In this document: piece by piece, positions 51,958 to 61,550 of the stretch | Layout: each line of letters opens with the position of its first letter | Position numbering within the stretch: position 1 is the stretch's first letter | The notes under the pieces: model-generated | Database searches by the model: none | What the model was told of the DNA's origin: nothing | What the model saw: only the letters and a program-made list of their open reading frames with translations | Source: Naegleria gruberi | Taxonomy: Eukaryota | Strand: one strand, 5' to 3' | NCBI GenBank assembly: GCA_000004985.1 | Contig: GG738861.1 | Length of the DNA: 64,000 bases | Translations under genes and position numbers: made by a program

Positions 51958-53321
51958 TTATTGGGATTTCAAAGTAGAAATTTCCTTTTCCAAAACTTCC
52001 ATTCTCTTCTTGAGTTGTTCCATTTCACGTTCTCTGGCAGCAATCTTGTCACCTTCCTTGAAACCACGTTGAATCATCCAGTCATCGTTCAAGAACTTTG
52101 ACAAATAGTTTCTAATAGAATCTGGCAACAAGACAACAATTCTCTTGTCAGCACTGAGATTGAGCTTCTTAGCAGCAGCAATAGCAGCATACATAGCAGT
52201 ACCAGAGGAACCACCACACAAAAGACCTTCTTCCTTAATCAATTCTCTAGCAATAGTGAATGATGGTTCATCTTCAGTCTTAATCCAAACATCAATCAAG
52301 CTTCTATCCAAAACATCAGGAACAAAGTCATAACCAATACCTTCAACTTGATAAGTTCCGACCTTATCATTTTCAGGATCAGCCAAAAGTGAACCAACTG
52401 GGTCAGCACCAACAACAATGATACCAGGAACCTTTTCCTTGAGCTTCTTTGCAATACCAGAAGCAGTACCACCAGTACCAACACCCATGACAATAACATC
52501 AATTTTACCACCAGTTTGCTTGAGAATTTCTTCAGCAGTACCTTCGTAGTGAGCCATTGGGTTGTCAATATTCTTGTATTGATCCAAAATGTGAGCAGTT
52601 TCACCAATTTCTTCCTTCATACGAGCAGCAACACCAATATGTGAATCAGGTGAGTTCCAGTCAGCTTCAGTTGGAGTTCTGATAATATCAGCACCCAAAC
52701 CCTTCAAGACAGAAACCTTTTCTTGAGACATCTTTTCTGGCAAGGTAATAATCATCTTGTATCCCTTAACAGCAGCAGTCAAAGCCAAACCAATACCAGT
52801 ATTACCAGAGGTTGGTTCAATGAGAGTGTCACCTGGTTTAATACGGCCACTCTTTTCAGCTTCCAAGAGCATACGTTTACCAATTCTATCCTTGACTGAA
52901 CCACCAGCGTTGAAATATTCACATTTAACCAAGACTTCACATTCAACTCCGTGCATCTTTGGAACACGATGCAAACGAACCATTGGGGTGTTACCAATAG
53001 CATCAAGTACGGTATCAAAAATTTGTCTACATTTACAACATCATGGGTTAGAATTTTGTGGGTAACATGCGAGATTGAATTTTGGTAGAATTTTAGTTGA
53101 ATGCATATAACAAAGCACATATATATTCATCAAAGTGGATTTTATGAATTGGATCAAAATTATTGAATTATTATTAATATAAATAATAATTGGATAATTC
53201 AATAACAAAAAACCAAAAGCAACAAACACCACACAAGATGGATTTTTAAAAATAAAAACAACATCGGTTGTTATTCTACGATAGTAATACAATACAATAC
53301 TTACTCTCTGTTGGCAGACAT
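51958..53321 (-). CDS. Cysteine synthase / O-acetylserine sulfhydrylase-type PLP enzyme (about 361 aa); exon 2 is certain, and the 17-nt exon 1 plus 278-nt intron are tentative
   Basis: Exon 2 is 53026..51958 and reads '(E)[24 protein letters not shown]...[19 protein letters not shown]...[10 protein letters not shown]...'. That is the canonical cysK/CBS N-terminus, followed by a short C-terminal coiled tail. The in-frame sequence upstream of 'MVRL' is open but lacks an ATG. The proposed exon 1 is 53321..53305 ('ATG TCT GCC AAC AGA GA'), followed by GTAAGT and ending ...TTCTAACCCATGATGTTGTAAATGTAG at 53027. The phase fits, giving '[22 protein letters not shown]...'. Confidence 0.7.
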
Positions 53322-54099
53322 ATTGTTTATGTAGTGTGCGTTGATTGCTTTCTAAAAGACTCTTTTAAGTGTGTGGGTAAAGAGAAAAAAAATGTATTTT
53401 TTTCTAAAGAATTTTAAATTGTCGCCGCGCAAGCATTAACCAAGTCCTAACTGGGTTCAACACAATATTGGAGGAGTTTTTGCAATGAACCACCAGCTAG
53501 GAGTTAAAAATCTCTATTGTAAACTTGGTTTCCAGCGTCGCTCCTTTTAAATAATCGTCGTTTTGTAAGATGTGGATTCTTTTTGGTGCATAATAAAATA
53601 ATATGGATATGAATTTACAGTTGTTTCAAATCAGATTATTTCATGTTGTTTTTCATTGTGGTTGTTGAAATTTGTGAACGTTCTGGATTTGGGTTGTTGT
53701 AAAGGATCAGCGGAGTTTATTATTTTCTCATGAATTAAAAATATCTAATATAGTTGCTTAAAATTGTGGTGTTTCAACTCTGATCTCATTCCCCTCAATA
53801 TCATTTCACATTTAATAAATATTAAAATTTAACATGACTTGAATTCATTGCTGCCAAAATTGAGCGTCCTGTTAATACTAAAAAATCACAATTTTTCAAT
53901 CCTTCATATTCCAATTTGCAGATTTTAATTTGCAGCTATTAAATTAATCTAATGCACATTGAATAATACTCTTAAAATACATCCAGGATAAAAAAGCTGA
54001 TCAATATGATGTAGATTTATGAATTTCCTCAATTCAAAATCATTATTATGGCTCCAAACCAAAAACATCATCAGCAAGTGGAAACAAACAAAATGAAAG

Positions 54100-54785
54100 T
54101 GTTGATGTGAAGAAGATTGAAAACTACTCTGAGTGGTACTCTACCAAGAGTGATTTCCTTGATTATTATGAAGTGGGGAAACCATTTGGAACAATTGCAC
54201 AAATGAACTTATGAAGAAATTCTTGCGGTTCCAGTTATTGAGGGTAGGAAGACTGAAACTGAAAAGTTTTCTGCCGCAGATTTCACAACAACCATTGAGG
54301 CTTTCATTCCAACAAACGGAAGAGCTGATCAAGCTGCCATAAGTTGGGTGTTATGATCATGGTGATGACAAGGATATGGTCTTGCCACCAAGTTGCCTTC
54401 ACTCTAGTTGTTCTTATTCCTTTTTCTGTAAGAATAAGGATAATAGTCAACGGAAATTTTCACTCTCCTAGACCAAAATGGGATTCGTATTAAGATTGAT
54501 TATCGTTTGGAAAAGACTCAAATTGGGAAATTCAAATATTGGGAACTTTATGGTATTCCATTGAGAATTGAAATTGGTCTAAAGGAAACTGGCCAAGCCA
54601 AGCTCTGTAGAAGAGACAATGGAGAAATGGACAGTCTCTCTTGATCAACCCACTGCTCAATATATCAATGGCACTTTGGATATGATTCACAATTCCATGT
54701 TGGAAAAAGCTTCACTGGGTGGTTGTAAAGTTTTCTGTACAGAATTGACTGACAGAAAACCAAACAAGAGGGCTATTTGGTAAAT
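54100..54785 (+). pseudogene. Decayed fragments of a class-II prolyl-tRNA synthetase (eukaryote/archaeal type)
   Basis: Out-of-frame, stop-interrupted segments align to ProRS. 'ENYSEWYSTKSDFLDYYEV' matches '[22 protein letters not shown]'. '[28 protein letters not shown]' matches '[28 protein letters not shown]'. '[10 protein letters not shown]...' matches 'VMTMVHGDNMG'. 'KYWELYGIPLRIEIGLKETGQAKLCRRDNGEM' matches '[34 protein letters not shown]'. The whole catalytic core (motifs 2 and 3) between the first two fragments is missing. Confidence 0.7.
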
Positions 54786-55391
54786 TGAATAAACAAATTA
54801 GATTTAAAGTGTGTAAGTAAACAAGGGACAATTTTCTAATGCTCATAGTTTTTCATTAAGGGATTCAAGGAGATTAAGTTTCTCTAGGTTCTTCTGAATA
54901 TAAGTAGACCTTAAAAAATAGCTGAAAGCTCAACATTTTTTCTCATGAAGTCCCTTTCCTCAAATCCATTCACTATGTTGTTTAGTATTAGAGAAATTGA
55001 TAGGACTTCAATTTTAGCAATCATGCAAGCATATTGAACAAGAAAGAAGCAAGATAGTGGAGAAGAAAAACCAGGGGTAACATCATTTACTCAGGAATAA
55101 ACTTCTTCTTGATAAATTTTCATTAAGAGAGTAGAATCTATCACGATGTTGCAAAGACATAAAAGGATCGGAACCTAAGACAGTGTTTTGTAATTGCCAT
55201 TTTCTATACCAAATCAAATCTCTAAAATACTGTAACATTGGTTCTGTACAGGAAACGTCTGATGCTTTTATTGACCAAAAAAGTTCACTTTAATAATCAC
55301 AAACATCAACAACAAGATGTGTAACCAACCTAAAATAAATGAATCCAACTACCTAGCGCACAGACACTGGAAACTAAACGAAAAAAATTCA

Positions 55392-56597
55392 ATGAGAACA
55401 ATCCTTGTTTTATTGGCTTTGTGTGTTTTAGCACTCGCTGTGAATGGTGCTGACATTAGTTTTATCAGCTCATTTGATGATTATAAACTTTCTTGCAACT
55501 TAAAGACAAAGAATAATACAGTGAATCCAATCTCATCTGGTTATTTGGTTGGGTTATATGCTGAGGGTGGCTCTAGCTATCGTTTGGCCATGATTGACTT
55601 GGACAGTAATGCCATTACTTACATTGGTAATGATGTCTTTAATTCTTATTCATTGGGTGGTGTCGCCATCGACCCAATTAACCACAGATTATTCATCATG
55701 GTTGTTCCATCTCAAACTCCAACAATGAGAACATACAGTCTATTAACTGGTAAAATGTTGTATCAAGTGAATACTTCTGAAATTTCCAACTTGGTTTTTG
55801 AACCAGCATTGGGTAATCTCTATGGATTAGGTTACAATGATTCAATGGTCACAATTTTGGATATTGATTGGGAAACTGGTGAGGATACAATTGTTGCAAC
55901 TACTCCACTCAAAGGATCTACCAATATGATTCGTAATATTAATCCAGCAACATCTGTGATGTATATTTATGGATATGATAGTACCTATTTCAATACTATG
56001 ATTGCTGTCAATTTAACAAGTGGAAGTTGGAAATATTTCAATCCTCCTTCTATTACTTCCTATGTTGCTTTGTTTTCAAATGGTTATCAAGGTAAATCCA
56101 ATGTCCTTGCAATTGCTGAATACGAAGGAAAATATGCTCCTGTTTCCATTGATAGCAATACAAATGTCACTGTAATTGGTTCAACAAGGTTTAATTCATT
56201 GGTCCTGTCTGACAAGGCTTATGACGTTAAGGAAAATGTCATTATTGGAACATTGGAAGATACAAGCAAGATTGTAGTTCTTAATATGACTAGTGGATTG
56301 ATTGTAAAACAAATTCCATTGAATAGTGGTGCTTCTCTTGGACCTGTCTCATACCAACAAATTTGTGTCTGTTGTATTGCTTCTCAAAACACAAGAAGTA
56401 TCTATGGTGGTTCATTGGACAAGTCAATTGTTCTTCCATGTCAAACCAATACTGCATCATCCACCAAAGTAATTGGTACTACTAGTAGTAATGGTACTAT
56501 CAAACCATCTCAGAGCAGAGTTAGTTCTTCCAATTCAAATTTCAATATTTCACTTGTATTCATTGTGATTGTAGGATTTTTGATGGGTCTGTTCTAA
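55392..56597 (+). CDS. Secreted or GPI-anchored Ser/Thr-rich surface protein (about 401 aa from the ATG at 55392)
   Basis: It has a cleavable signal peptide 'MRTILVLLALCVLALAVNGADI', many N-glycosylation sequons, and a Ser/Thr-rich stalk 'TNTASSTKVIGTTSSNGTIKPSQSRVSSSNSN'. The hydrophobic C-terminus 'ISLVFIVIVGFLMGLF*' is consistent with a GPI-attachment signal. The upstream ATG at 55317 would add 25 hydrophilic residues. Confidence 0.55.
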   Translation: MRTILVLLALCVLALAVNGADISFISSFDDYKLSCNLKTKNNTVNPISSGYLVGLYAEGGSSYRLAMIDLDSNAITYIGNDVFNSYSLGGVAIDPINHRLFIMVVPSQTPTMRTYSLLTGKMLYQVNTSEISNLVFEPALGNLYGLGYNDSMVTILDIDWETGEDTIVATTPLKGSTNMIRNINPATSVMYIYGYDSTYFNTMIAVNLTSGSWKYFNPPSITSYVALFSNGYQGKSNVLAIAEYEGKYAPVSIDSNTNVTVIGSTRFNSLVLSDKAYDVKENVIIGTLEDTSKIVVLNMTSGLIVKQIPLNSGASLGPVSYQQICVCCIASQNTRSIYGGSLDKSIVLPCQTNTASSTKVIGTTSSNGTIKPSQSRVSSSNSNFNISLVFIVIVGFLMGLF

Positions 56598-56617
56598 ATA
56601 GATCATGTAGAATAAAA

Positions 56618-58241
56618 TTACTTTCCAAATATTTTTAATCTTTGAATTTCCAATTGTGATTGAATATGATTTAAATCAGTGTTTTGATCCAAAAGCACTT
56701 TGGTTTGAGTTGAATCATTCATTAGAGTGAAGTGCTCAAATAAAGGTTGTTTTAAAAGGATGGAATCATCCATCTCCGTGTTAAAGGTGTCTGAATTTTC
56801 TTGTGAAATTTTCATAGTATCTGAGAGCACCACAAAAGGAATATTGTAAAATCTGGAAATCGAATAGAGTACGCTTGTGCCAGTCTTGTTAGAAATTACA
56901 ATGTCTCCATGACTATAATGGATTGAATCTGATCCTACACACATAAGATCAACCTTTCCAGAACGTGAGAGTAAAGCAACTGCTGCTTCAGTGCAAACTT
57001 GAACTCTTAGATTTTTGATACCCTGATCTAAGGCAAAGTCCTTCAGAGATTTAGCTGTTTTGTACCCTTCCTTTTCTGGCTGAGACTCTGTACAATAGAT
57101 GGTTAAATCAATGGATGCATGTTTTGCATGTAAGTCTAACATTAAATCTTTCAATGATTTAATAACAACACTGCTCCAACTGTGGGTCAATATTGAGATT
57201 TTCTGGGTGTTATCTTTTAAAAATTCTGATTTCACATAATTTTGAAACTTATTTGATAGTAACTGAGTATTGTTTGATATCTTAATGCCAAATTTGTTCA
57301 ATCTGTCTTTCATTTTCTGTACCATATTTTCAAAAGTTTGTTCAGAAATTTGTTTGACAATACTATCCTGATCAAATTGTAATTCACCATTCATTATTTC
57401 TACAAGAGATTGAACAGCCACATTCCTAATCATTGGCATTTCAATTCTACATTGATCTAAAATCCAAACAATGTCTCTCAGTTTCGAAGTTAAAAAAACA
57501 GCTCTCATGCTATCCATATCTATTGAAGAATTCATCAATTTGAAATAATCTGGTATATCTTCAGATGAAAATAAGTTCAAGGCCTTTTTCATAATATCTA
57601 TCGTTTTCAAAGCAATGGTAGTTGCACCATCTGTAAAATTATTAACAATGGTATTGTCTATTTCTACCAATAATTCAGTCTCCAATCCATAGAAAAAGTA
57701 TAATCTGTGAAGAGTGTCTCTTAGATTGGGAACTGTTTCATGTAGGGTGGGAGTGGTGCTGTCATTCATACCCTTCCTCAGAAATTGCTCAGTATCAAAA
57801 ACATTGAATGAATCGTGTTCCCAATCAATCTTGAATCCTAAATTATCAAGTTGGCTAGGGATATCTTTTGAATTTTCTACTGACAATCTAAATAGAAAAG
57901 GATAAACAATAAATCCCTTTCCATTATTTAAAGGCAAATATTGTGGACGACCACTTCGGATGAAGTTCAAATGTTTTCCAACTTGTAATTGTGTTTCTTC
58001 TTGGATTTCTCTGAAGGCACTCCATCGGGCTTTCCACAAAATAATCACCAACCCTATAATCAAACCGATCATTTGAAGAATAATCCACAGGTGGATTGTT
58101 AACCAAGTCAATAGAACCAGAAATTGAAGCCCACATTTTCGGATAAGAATTAACCTTCTCCGATCTTTTAAATAGTAGAATATGTGATTTTTCTTCCTTT
58201 ATCACTTCAATAAAGCCAGTGGCTACTCTTCTCCATTTCAT
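56618..58241 (-). CDS. Nudix hydrolase domain fused to an eIF-2B / methylthioribose-1-phosphate-isomerase-like (IF-2B family) domain; the reading frame switches once near 58060-58115 (unannotated intron or frameshift)
   Basis: The upstream ORF (58241..57924) reads 'MKWRRVATGFIEVIKEEKSHILLFKRSEKVNSYPKMWASISGSID', which looks like Nudix beta-strands and the 'W.lPGG' region. The Nudix box continues in the other frame as '...AFREIQEETQLQVG'. Downstream, '...ILTHSWSSVV...IYCTESQPEKEGYKTAKSL...MCVGSDSIHYSHGDIVISNKTGTSVLYSISRFYNIPFVVLSDTMKI' aligns to the IF-2B-family core 'VLTHCNTG...ETRP.lQG.RLTa.EL...GADRv.aNGDtaNKIGTy.lA..A....IPFyV'. A candidate 46- or 55-nt intron with a GTTTGA donor would join the frames. 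Confidence 0.55.
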
Positions 58242-58312
58242 TTTTTTAAGTTTTGATTTAACTTGAATCTACATATTAAATAAATTAATTTGAATATTTC
58301 CTGATTATAATA

Positions 58313-58540
58313 TTATTTAAATTTCATATTCAAAACAGCATTCATATTATCACTTTCCAATAATGAATCCAAATTAATCCACTTTTTTGAATCGGATTTA
58401 TTTTTCAATTTTGTTTTTTGTTTTTCAACAAGATTATACAATATTCTAGTTCTTTCCTGTTTTTCCAACTCATACTTGGCTTTAATTTGCATCAAGTGAT
58501 TGAAAAAAGCTTGAAGTAACACTTCCGAATCATTTCCCAT
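58313..58540 (-). CDS. Hypothetical small protein (75 aa)
   Basis: Real ATG after an A-rich leader. It starts 'MGN' and has a K/E-rich helical composition. No family recognised. Confidence 0.25.
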   Translation of the reverse strand: MGNDSEVLLQAFFNHLMQIKAKYELEKQERTRILYNLVEKQKTKLKNKSDSKKWINLDSLLESDNMNAVLNMKFK

Positions 58541-58810
58541 TTTTTTAAAGTTAAAAAAACAAAATTTTATGAAAACAATGAAAAAATTGAAATGACCCTT
58601 AGAAATAGAGGCTTATTGTCATGTTGTTAGAAGCTTTTAAGAATATCATGGAAACAATTTAATATCTACTATTTACTGTTATCATTGCTACTCCTTCGCT
58701 TCATTTTCATTTCTAATCTGGAGTTTATAAAACAGTACACCAGGCTCCGTTCTAATTCGCTCACAAAGAAAAAAAGCCTCAAAAGCCTCTTACTGTAAAC
58801 AACAAACAAA

Positions 58811-59293
58811 ATGGAATACCAACCTTTGAATCAACAAACCAAATACGATCCAAATCAAGTCTACCAACAACCACAACAAGTACCACCTCAAAATGTAGTC
58901 TACTCCCAGCAACCAATTTATACTCAAGAACAACAATATTATGCTTCAACACAACCTATTTATCAACAATCCCATGTTGTGACAACCACCACACAAGGAG
59001 ATGTTGATTATTTGGAAAAGCAAAAGCAAGATCAAACTTCCATGATGTTGTTTATTATTGGTTTCTTTGTTGGTATTGTGTGGATTGTTAACTTTATTCT
59101 CGTAAGTTATTATTATTTGCTTTTTAATTTAACATGTATTATTATTAAATAGCATCGTAATTCACCAAGTGAATCCGCAAGAAAGTTTGCCAAGGCTTCA
59201 ATTATTTGTTTTGCTTTGAGCTTTGTTTTTGCTGCTGTTGCTGTTGGTATTTATTTGATTGTCTTTTTCTCCATCTTCCAATCTGCTTATTAA
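58811..59293 (+). CDS. CD225/dispanin-like two-TM protein with a Q/Y/P-rich N-terminus; two exons
   Basis: Exon 1 is 58811..59101. The intron is 59102..59152 (51 nt, GTAAGT...AAATAG), in phase 0. Exon 2 is 59153..59293. The spliced product is Q/Y/P-rich, then TM1 'MMLFIIGFFVGIVWIVNFIL', then the loop 'HRNSPSESARKFAKAS', then TM2 'IICFALSFVFAAVAVGIYLIVFF', ending SIFQSAY*. This is the dispanin topology and loop signature. Confidence 0.55.
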
Positions 59294-59547
59294 TTATTGT
59301 TATTAATATTATTCCAACTCCATCCTTCTCTCACTCCCACTTTCTAACATTTTAAACCAATTCTCCCAATATATTTATTTTAATTATTCTGTTACATTAA
59401 TTTTCATTCTTATGTTCGTGCAAAGATGAACCTAGTTTCATTGAACCGGGGAAGTCAATTTTGAATTTGTTCAATTTCACACTTTACACTCAAAACGAAT
59501 GTTAAGACTTGTGAAGTCCATCAGTACTCTAATAACATTACAAAAAA

Positions 59548-61332
59548 ATGCCATCACAAGATAATACAGAACAAACAAGCTTTTCCTTCAGAGTGCGGGT
59601 TGCTGACAATGCCAAAGTTAAAGAAGAAAAGTTCATCGTGGTTGATTCTCAGAAATTACCAAAGAGCATTGATGAATTATTCAAATTGGGAAAAGCCAAA
59701 TTAAATTTAAAGAAGAAGGTGCTTGCACTTTATAATGGAAAATCAGGACAAGTCATTGAATCGGATAGTATTATTCAAAAGTTATTCAATGATTTTACAA
59801 CAGCTAAGAGAAAACAATTACAGGAAGAACAATTAATTGGATCAACAGGATTAGGATCAAAGCCTTCCGATGATTTATTCTTTGTTTTTTCGACCAATTT
59901 AAAACAAACTTTCCAAGGAAAGATTACGCAACCAGTTGAATCGAGTGACAATAATACAACAACATCTTCATCATCAGTTGAAAAGACACCAGAAGTAGTT
60001 GTCTTGATAAAGGACAGTTGGTTGGATGATGGAGCTATTAAACAATTGCAAGATACTGCTCGTACATTGAAATGTGTAAGAAGAGCCACTGGTCAACCTG
60101 ACCTTCATCCAGGTAAAACATTCCCAGTAGGAGCTGCCATTTCAACTGTAGATTACATCTACCCACCACTCGTTGGTAATGATATTGGGTGTGGTATGAG
60201 TTTGTATCAAACTAATTTAACATCAGATAGAGGATTGAAACAATTAGAAAAATGGGTGAAACAACTCAACGGATTAGAAAGAGGAGGAATTAGCGGCGAT
60301 GAAAGTAGACCTGTATTGGATGTTGAAAGAAAATTCTTTGGATTGGATTCTAGTGAGGATTTGCTTTCAGCCACATCTACTAACTCTGAAAATGTAGATT
60401 TTGAATTACATGAAGCCACAACTGAATTTATTGAAAAATATTTAACCTATTTTGATGTAGATTTGGGTCAACTCCAAGAAGTTACTCCAAATCTTGAATC
60501 GGAAGAGGGTGTTACCTCTCCGCCAAAGAGTGAAAATAAGGCCTTGGAATTTGCCATTCGTCAACTTGGTACTGTCGGAGGTGGAAATCACTTTGCAGAG
60601 CTTCAAATCGTCGAAAAGATTTGTAATGAAAAGATTTTTGAAGAAGAATTGAAACTTTCAAAGGATGCTTGCTTTTTGATGGTTCATAGTGGATCAAGAT
60701 CCCTTGGTGATCATATTCTTGGAGAACATGAGGATAAATTTGGAAATAGTGGCTTGCTTTTTGACTCGGATGATGCAAAGCACTATATGAAATGTCACGA
60801 CAATGCTTGTAGATGGGCAAAGGCCAACAGAGCTCTCATTGCCAGAAAGTTCCTTACTTGCATTAACGGAAATGGTAAAATGATTCTTGACATTTGCCAC
60901 AACAATGTTGTAGAAAAACAAGTTGAAAATGAAAGAGTTTTCATTCACAGAAAGGGTGCTGCACCAACAGATGCTGGTTACTTCTGCATTCCTGGTTCGA
61001 GAGGATCATTCTCCTATCTTGTTCGTGGACGTGAAGAAGATATTGAAAGCCAAATTCGTTGTAATTTTTCAGCTGCACACGGTGCTGGCAGAAAATGGAA
61101 GCGTTCCAAATCAGTTGGTATGGCCGCAAAGGAAAATGTTCAATCCTTCACAGTTACTGACCTCGGATCTCATGTCATTTGTGAAGATAAGAATTTACTT
61201 TTTGAAGAACAACCTGCTGCTTACAAGGATATCGATGCAGTCATTTCAGATTTAGTTCATTTTGGGGTTGTTGAAGTTGTTGCCATTATGAGACCACTCA
61301 TTACCTACAAGATGAGAAACTGTTGCCATTAA
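59548..61332 (+). CDS. RtcB-family RNA 3'-phosphate ligase-like protein with an about 170-aa N-terminal extension (divergent from the canonical eukaryotic HSPC117-type RtcB)
   Basis: RtcB signatures are present: 'QPDLHPGKTFPVGAAIS...VGNDIGCGMSLY', 'GTVGGGNHFAELQ', 'IHRKGAAPT', 'IPGSRGSFSYLVRG' and 'SAAHGAGRKWKRS'. The N-terminal about 170 aa ('FRVRVADNAKVKEEKFIVVDSQKLPKSIDELFKLGKAKLNL...') is extra. Confidence 0.65.
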   Translation: MPSQDNTEQTSFSFRVRVADNAKVKEEKFIVVDSQKLPKSIDELFKLGKAKLNLKKKVLALYNGKSGQVIESDSIIQKLFNDFTTAKRKQLQEEQLIGSTGLGSKPSDDLFFVFSTNLKQTFQGKITQPVESSDNNTTTSSSSVEKTPEVVVLIKDSWLDDGAIKQLQDTARTLKCVRRATGQPDLHPGKTFPVGAAISTVDYIYPPLVGNDIGCGMSLYQTNLTSDRGLKQLEKWVKQLNGLERGGISGDESRPVLDVERKFFGLDSSEDLLSATSTNSENVDFELHEATTEFIEKYLTYFDVDLGQLQEVTPNLESEEGVTSPPKSENKALEFAIRQLGTVGGGNHFAELQIVEKICNEKIFEEELKLSKDACFLMVHSGSRSLGDHILGEHEDKFGNSGLLFDSDDAKHYMKCHDNACRWAKANRALIARKFLTCINGNGKMILDICHNNVVEKQVENERVFIHRKGAAPTDAGYFCIPGSRGSFSYLVRGREEDIESQIRCNFSAAHGAGRKWKRSKSVGMAAKENVQSFTVTDLGSHVICEDKNLLFEEQPAAYKDIDAVISDLVHFGVVEVVAIMRPLITYKMRNCCH

Positions 61333-61550
61333 TCCTAGTTAACAATGACTGGAAAACACATTGAAGCATCATTTAAGAGTAGACATTGCACTCTTTTATC
61401 CAATGATTCAAACCCTTCCTTCCAGCTTCGCCCAGGACTCAACTTTACAATGGAGGTGAATCTTCAACTCGAAATAATATCATTGCACACGCTGGGTTGA
61501 GTTTGGAAAATTTCAATTAAAATTAAAATTTTTTAAAAAAATATTTGAAA

